Assembly (NCBI RefSeq): GCF_002087085.1 | Contig: NZ_MWQY01000007.1 | Coordinates: 62,001 to 126,000 of the forward strand | Length of the DNA stretch: 64,000 bases | Direction of reading: 5' to 3' | Shown: one piece after another, positions 58,672 to 64,000 of the stretch | How the letters are laid out: the number at the start of each line of letters is the position of its first letter | How positions within the stretch are numbered: position 1 is the stretch's first letter | Position numbers and translations under genes: made by a program | The notes under the pieces: generated by a model | What the model saw: only the letters and a program-made list of their open reading frames with translations | The model's database searches: none | What the model was told of the DNA's origin: nothing

Positions 58672-59501
58672 CCCTTCAGCCGGGAATCAAGCCAGTCGAA
58701 GACATAGGCGAAAACCTCGTCCCTCTCCGGTTCGTTCATGAGCTCATGATAAAGCCCGGGCCAGAATTTCTTTGTTTTATCCTGACTGGAAGCCCGGGAG
58801 TAAACAATCTCCGTTGCCGCCGGGTCGATTACCTTGTCATCGGATCCGTGCATTACAAGAAGCGGCAGACGAATCTCACCGAGCCGGTCCTGTACCTCCT
58901 GCTGGGCGCGGATCGTTTCATTCCCCGTCCTGGCCCTGGCCTTTCCTTTATACTGAAGGGGGTCCCTGTCGTCCTCCGCCCGCATCTCCATGTTCCTGGT
59001 TGCCTCGCTCAAGTCGAGTTCCTGGACGGGAAGCTTCGGTGCCAGGCGCGCGATAAGCCCGGCCATGGCCTTTATCAGGGGACTGATCCCCTCCGGCAGA
59101 AGTATGGCGGGTCCGCTTAATACCGCGGCTGCATACTGGTCCTGGTATTTCAGCAGCTGATACAGGGCCAGCATCCCTCCCATACTGTGGCCCACAAGAA
59201 CCACCGGAAGTCCCGGGCACTTCTGATTAATTGTCTGAGTCAGGATGTGTGCGTCTTCCCGGATTTTGTCCCGTCCCTCCAGATCCCCCAGGCAGCGTGC
59301 ATTTCTGCCGTGGCCCCGAAGGTCAGGAACGAATACCGCATACCCCCGGGCTGCAAAATTCTCGATGACATGAGAATACCGGCCGGAATGTTCCCCGTAG
59401 CCGTGGAGGAACAGCACCGCTGCTTTCGGTTCCGCCGGAAGAGCATAGCGGTAAAAGAGTTCCCTTCCCCTGTATCCGTAAAAAATTCCTTCCTGTACCA
59501 T
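58668..59501 (-). CDS. Alpha/beta hydrolase (lysophospholipase / monoacylglycerol lipase family)
   Basis: HGYGEHSGRY, DLRGHG, GHSMGG, HGSDD, YHELMNE. Confidence 0.93.
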   Translation of the reverse strand: MVQEGIFYGYRGRELFYRYALPAEPKAAVLFLHGYGEHSGRYSHVIENFAARGYAVFVPDLRGHGRNARCLGDLEGRDKIREDAHILTQTINQKCPGLPVVLVGHSMGGMLALYQLLKYQDQYAAAVLSGPAILLPEGISPLIKAMAGLIARLAPKLPVQELDLSEATRNMEMRAEDDRDPLQYKGKARARTGNETIRAQQEVQDRLGEIRLPLLVMHGSDDKVIDPAATEIVYSRASSQDKTKKFWPGLYHELMNEPERDEVFAYVFDWLDSRLKG

Positions 59502-59551
59502 GTGCTCCTCCTCCCCCGTTTATACCATGAAAATGATCGGCTCGCCATAAT

Positions 59552-59585
59552 AAAAGGGCCCGACCGCCGTACGGCAATCGGGCCC
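59552..59585 (-). terminator. Intrinsic terminator of pckG
   Basis: GGGCCCGA..TCGGGCCC stem with a T tract on the minus strand. Confidence 0.75.
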
Positions 59586-59610
59586 CATAATTCTGTGTTT
59601 GTGGTGCTGA

Positions 59611-61569
59611 CTATTTGCCGGCAACCTGCTCAACGGAAACGACAGCTCCAAACTTCTCCTTGAGGGCGAGGAGTTCAGCTTTCTGCTTCTCGTAAACCTT
59701 GAACAGCTGTGAGGGAAGATTCTTCTCCTTGCTGTAGGCTTCGGTCTGCAGGTCGATTCTCTTGATGATGTTGTCAACGTACAGCGCGAACTGCATGTCG
59801 TAGAGGCTCTTGGGATACTCTTTGCCGATTCCGTCAAAGAGCTTCTTCAGGTCTTCGTACTTCGGAATGAATCCGATGGGGGTCTCGATGGCTTCAACGT
59901 CACCGTTGGCATAGAGCTCAAGCCAGCCGAGCCAGACCTTTACGTCCTTCTTTTCACCCAGGAGACCCTTGCCGGAACCGCCGCGGTTCTCGTGGGTAAG
60001 GAAGTAGTTGAGTCCCGCAAGAAGGGGCTTATCCTTGATCTTGCCGGAGTTGTAGAACTTGAACTGGGCATCCATGTAGTCGGCGAGGGCACCGGGTACG
60101 AAGGGTGCATTGGCCCAGGGCTGACGGTTTACACCGGTAGCACCGACCTCGGTGGCGGTAGCCTTGGAAACTACGGACGCACCGATTGCAACACCCTCAT
60201 CAGGAGTCCTGGCAACCCATACGGGAACCATGGTGTCGGCGTCACGTCCGGAGTAGGTTACGACCTTTACGTGTACTCCCTTGGGATCTTCCGCGGCCTC
60301 TTCGTTATAGTTGTCGATGGAGGAGTTGAGCAGGGTACAGCGGGAGTTGGGGTGAGACATGGGGACCGGCTTGCCGTTGGCATCGGTCTTTCCGGGCCAC
60401 CATTCGCCCTGGAAGTTGGTTCCCTTCTGAGGGATCTCTTCACCGTCGCCGACCCAGCGGGGTTTCAGGTTCTCGTCGACAAGAACATTGGAATAGATAA
60501 CCGTGGTTTTCTCTTCCCGCAGACACTTCATCAGGTGGGGGTCGCCTTCCCAGTTAACGTCTTCAACGATACCGAAGATACCTTTTTCCGGGTTGATCGC
60601 CCGAACGGTTCCGTTGGACTCGTCGATCCAGATCTGGGCCAGGTCGTCGCCGATAAAGTCGGTACCAACCATGGCGGTGGTTGTCTTTCCGCATCCCGAA
60701 GGTGCGGCACCGGCAAAGTAGGTTTTCCGTCCGCCGGGGCCGGTCATTCCGGTAATGAACATGTGCTCGGAAAGCTCTTCCTCGACCTTCTGGTAGGTTG
60801 CACGGTCTACGGCAAAGCGGTGGTTACCCTTCTTGAGGAGCAGGGTATTACCGGCATAGGTACAGTAGGTTGAGTAACAGGTCTGCCAGCTTCTGTCCAT
60901 GTAGATGCGGGCGTTGGGTACGTCTTCGGAGCGGTTGGGGCCCTGGCTGTGAACGTTGGTAAAGAAGGTCCCGCAGCGCTCAACTTCACTGTCGAAGCTG
61001 GAGTATACGTTCCGGTACAGCAGGTCGCCGCTGGTCTGAACATAGGTGGAGGAGGTAATCATCAGGGCGGGAATGGAGGCTTTGGCACCTACGGGTCCCC
61101 GGTTCAGGAAGGAGACGTACATGGTAAGTCCCTTCATGATACCCTTCATGTTGTCCTTGACGTACTGGTGGGCTTCGGAACGCAGCTGCTTCTTTGCCAG
61201 AGCACTGATGTCCTCATCCTCGTTTATAATGTAGAAGGTCTGGCTGACCAGACGTCCCTGATCTTCAGGAAGGTCAAAGTGGATGGTGTGGTCCTTGATT
61301 GCCAGTTTTTTCTCTTCACCGGTCTCGATGCTGCGCTGCTTGACATAGGCTGCGTCTTCCCGGGTATCGCTGATAATAAAGACATTATCGGGCTCGCACA
61401 TGGAGATCGCGTTGGCGATCTTGAGCAGAGCCTCTTCGTTCTTGATCTTTGAAATTTTGGCGAGATTGGCGGAATCCAGATTCGCTTCAAAGACCTTACG
61501 TGCTTCATCGATGGTTTTCAGGCCGCCGACGTCTGAAAGGATATCTACCCCTTTCTTCATTTCTAACAT
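59611..61569 (-). CDS. pckG: Phosphoenolpyruvate carboxykinase (GTP)
   Basis: YAGNTLLLKK, SEHMFI, APSGCGKT, IGDDLA, SHPNSR. Confidence 0.92.
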   Translation of the reverse strand: MLEMKKGVDILSDVGGLKTIDEARKVFEANLDSANLAKISKIKNEEALLKIANAISMCEPDNVFIISDTREDAAYVKQRSIETGEEKKLAIKDHTIHFDLPEDQGRLVSQTFYIINEDEDISALAKKQLRSEAHQYVKDNMKGIMKGLTMYVSFLNRGPVGAKASIPALMITSSTYVQTSGDLLYRNVYSSFDSEVERCGTFFTNVHSQGPNRSEDVPNARIYMDRSWQTCYSTYCTYAGNTLLLKKGNHRFAVDRATYQKVEEELSEHMFITGMTGPGGRKTYFAGAAPSGCGKTTTAMVGTDFIGDDLAQIWIDESNGTVRAINPEKGIFGIVEDVNWEGDPHLMKCLREEKTTVIYSNVLVDENLKPRWVGDGEEIPQKGTNFQGEWWPGKTDANGKPVPMSHPNSRCTLLNSSIDNYNEEAAEDPKGVHVKVVTYSGRDADTMVPVWVARTPDEGVAIGASVVSKATATEVGATGVNRQPWANAPFVPGALADYMDAQFKFYNSGKIKDKPLLAGLNYFLTHENRGGSGKGLLGEKKDVKVWLGWLELYANGDVEAIETPIGFIPKYEDLKKLFDGIGKEYPKSLYDMQFALYVDNIIKRIDLQTEAYSKEKNLPSQLFKVYEKQKAELLALKEKFGAVVSVEQVAGK

Positions 61570-61776
61570 GATAAGCTCCTTCCGTTCTTGATAGGAATTT
61601 TATAGTAGAAAAAACCGGTGTCCCATACCGGATCTACGTACAGGTTCTCCGGGATGTATAATAGAGATTTTTGTAGCGGGGGTCAAGGAGGAACCCTGAT
61701 TTCCGGCTTGACGACGCCGGTCTGATTCCGAATAATGAGTTTTGAATTTTAAATTAATAGGATATTGGAGGACATG

Positions 61777-63060
61777 ATGAGGAAGCGCTATGCCGTGTGC
61801 GGCGTAAGCAACAGGGCCCTGAAAATGTTTGTGAAGCCGATGCTTTCACTCTTTCAGGAACATACGGAGGTGGTTGGACTCCTGGACCCGGACCCCCGCC
61901 GCTTTGAAGTAGCCGGAGAACAATACCCGTCATTGAAGGAACTCCCCTGCTACAAGCCCGAGGAGCTGGAAAAAATGATACGGGAGTGCAGACCCGACGT
62001 GCTGCTTATTGCCGGCAGGGACAATACTCACGCCCGGTACGTGCTTGCGGCCCTGGAACACGATATCGATTCCCTGGTGGAAAAACCGATGGCCGCCGGT
62101 GCCGAGGACTGCCAGAAGATCATCGACGCGGAAAAGAAGAGCAAAGGCCGGGTCCAGGTCACCTTCAATTACCGCTATACCGCCATACACCGGCGCATCA
62201 AGGAGATGATCCTCCAGGGCAAGGTTGGACGTATTACCTCCATCGACCTTAACTGGTACATCGACACCTACCACGGATCAAGTTACTTCCGGCGCTGGAA
62301 CCGTTACCGGGAAATCTCCGGGGGTCTTTCCATCCACAAGGCTTCGCACCACTTCGACCTGGTAAACTGGTGGACCGGACAGCGCCCCGAGGAGGTCTTC
62401 GCCTTCGGAGCACTGAACTACTACGGTCCCGAGGGACCAAAGAATCCTTCAATAAAGGACGGCCGTTTCTGTCAGACCTGTGACGAAAAGGACCAGTGCA
62501 TCTACTACCGCCGCTGGAATCACCGCACCGGCGACGCGGAGGTAAAGGACGACCACCTGGACCTGGACGAGGCCAGGAAAGCCAATTTTACCGGCTACCG
62601 TACCGACGCCTGTATCTTTGATTCGGACATACAGATCGAGGATACCTATACGGCGACCATCCGCTATGACAAGGGGGCGATGCTCTCCTATTCGGTCAAC
62701 TTTTCCACCCCCTGGGAGGGTTACCGGGTGGCCATCAACGGAACGGAGGGGCGTATAGAATCCACGGAATACCATATGCCCCAGCGTATTCCCTTCCCCT
62801 TCGAGGAGCACCAGACAATCGAATACTATCCCCTCTTCGGCTCCAAGGAGATCATCCACGTGGTCGAGCGTCCCGGCGGCCATCACGGCGCAGATCCTGT
62901 TCTGCTGGAGGATGTCTTTCTGGGACCGGATCCTTCACGGGACTACGAGATCGCCTCGAGCTCCCTTGACGGAGCCCTTGCGGTGGCCACCGGAGAGGCT
63001 GTCTGGAAATCCGTACGGGACAGGCGCCCCTACAAGCTCCGGGAACTGCTCACGTATTAG
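61777..63060 (+). CDS. Gfo/Idh/MocA family oxidoreductase
   Basis: EKPM, TFNYRY, HGSSYFRRW, HKASHHFD, GHHGAD; SD GGAGG. Confidence 0.92.
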   Translation: MRKRYAVCGVSNRALKMFVKPMLSLFQEHTEVVGLLDPDPRRFEVAGEQYPSLKELPCYKPEELEKMIRECRPDVLLIAGRDNTHARYVLAALEHDIDSLVEKPMAAGAEDCQKIIDAEKKSKGRVQVTFNYRYTAIHRRIKEMILQGKVGRITSIDLNWYIDTYHGSSYFRRWNRYREISGGLSIHKASHHFDLVNWWTGQRPEEVFAFGALNYYGPEGPKNPSIKDGRFCQTCDEKDQCIYYRRWNHRTGDAEVKDDHLDLDEARKANFTGYRTDACIFDSDIQIEDTYTATIRYDKGAMLSYSVNFSTPWEGYRVAINGTEGRIESTEYHMPQRIPFPFEEHQTIEYYPLFGSKEIIHVVERPGGHHGADPVLLEDVFLGPDPSRDYEIASSSLDGALAVATGEAVWKSVRDRRPYKLRELLTY

Positions 63061-63072
63061 TACTTCGACAAA

Positions 63073-63113
63073 ACCGGGGCCTTCATCCATGAAAAGAATC
63101 CGAAGGCCCCGTT
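63073..63113. terminator. Hairpin between convergent genes
   Basis: CGGGGCCTTC..GAAGGCCCCG. Confidence 0.55.
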
Positions 63114-63131
63114 GTACTCCGGCAGCAGGGT

Positions 63132-64000
63132 CTAATATCCCTTCTTGCCCTTATAAAACTGCTTAACAGATTTGGAAATCTGTTTCCAGCGACGCTCCTC
63201 CTCGGCCCGGGCCTGTTCATCGCTTCTGCGGTGCAGATAATTCAACTCCTTCCGCAGTTCCAGATAGCTCTCATAGCGTTCGTGGGAAAGCTCCCCGTCC
63301 ACAAGGGCCTGCTGCACTGCACAGCCCGGTTCCCCCTGGTGGGTGCAGTCGCGAAAGCGGCAGTTCCGGGCATGGTGGTCCAGGTCATGAAAGACCTCAT
63401 CCAGGGAGGCTTCTCCGGCCCAGAGCCGGAGTTCCCGTAAGCCCGGGGTATCTATCAGGGCACCACCTCCTGGAATAAAAACCAGATTGCGACTGGTCGA
63501 GGTATGTCTGCCCCGGTGGTCGCTTTCCCTGGTCTCTCCCCTGGAAAGCCGGTCTTCCCCCAGCAGGGCATTTATGAGGGAGGATTTTCCAACCCCCGAG
63601 GGGCCCAGGACAACCCCGGTCAATCCGGGGCTCAAAACACCGGCCAGTTCCTTCATACCGTCACCGGTACGGGCACTGGTCAGGATCTGCCGGACCCCGG
63701 GAGCTGCCTCCTCCGCGGCCTGAAGGGCGCTGACAATGTCGGAACACAGATCCAGCTTGTTCAAAACCAGGACCGCTTCGGCCCCGCTCTCACGAACCAT
63801 TACCAGATAGCGCTCGATTCCCCGTCGGGTAAGATTACGGCCGCCGTCCAGGCCGGCGACGATAAAAACCAGGTCCACATTGGCGGCCAGGATCTGCCGC
63901 TCCGTGGTCCCTCCGGCACTGGCGCGGGCTATACAGGCCTCCCGCCGAAGGACTCCTTCAATCAGAGATCCTTCTCTGCGCAGGGCGACCCAGTCCCCGG
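63132..64000 (-). CDS. rsgA: Ribosome small subunit-dependent GTPase A (5'-truncated)
   Basis: Frame open to the window end (GDWV..QILAANVD); NKLD, GPSGVGKSS, GRHTST, DTPGLRE, CRFRDCTH..EPGC. Confidence 0.95.
   Translation of the reverse strand, partial: GDWVALRREGSLIEGVLRREACIARASAGGTTERQILAANVDLVFIVAGLDGGRNLTRRGIERYLVMVRESGAEAVLVLNKLDLCSDIVSALQAAEEAAPGVRQILTSARTGDGMKELAGVLSPGLTGVVLGPSGVGKSSLINALLGEDRLSRGETRESDHRGRHTSTSRNLVFIPGGGALIDTPGLRELRLWAGEASLDEVFHDLDHHARNCRFRDCTHQGEPGCAVQQALVDGELSHERYESYLELRKELNYLHRRSDEQARAEEERRWKQISKSVKQFYKGKKGY

Noticed and set aside
61745..61755. AATTT-T-AAATT palindrome as an operator for the oxidoreductase
   Set aside because: Too short and AT-rich to separate from chance.

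Overview
A 64-kb, mostly core-chromosome segment of a GC-rich spirochaete (Spirochaetales-like; supported by FlcA-like, FlgM, spirochaete-type ParC/ParE and several spirochaete-type hypothetical proteins). It carries tRNA-Ala(GGC), lspA, a LonC-type protease, rsmI, flgM, aspS, parE-parC, tkt, trxA, nfnAB, a manC-like gene, ilvE, flcA, lipB-lipA, a CheY-CheC-PAS kinase module, LacI-uxaB-uxaA, an adenylate cyclase next to an OMP plus surface-lipoprotein locus, pckG and a partial rsgA. The least explained structure is non-coding. One repeat family (core CTCTGCGTCCTCYGCGCGG) forms a 10-copy tandem array at 20.26-20.93 kb with a 71-73 bp period and higher-order (AAB)x3 organisation. The same family recurs as degenerate two-core elements and inverted arms bracketing AT-richer accessory inserts (hicBA, a frameshifted pseudogene, mazEF), which suggests a repeat-bounded cassette system; no recombinase is visible in the window. 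Other observations: a shared promoter/operator upstream of the glutaredoxin and thioredoxin genes, many apparently leaderless genes, sigma28-like promoters, a His-less Fe-ADH homologue, a degenerate class III cyclase and two multi-hairpin intergenic elements. Product calls rest on motif recognition only; no searches were run.
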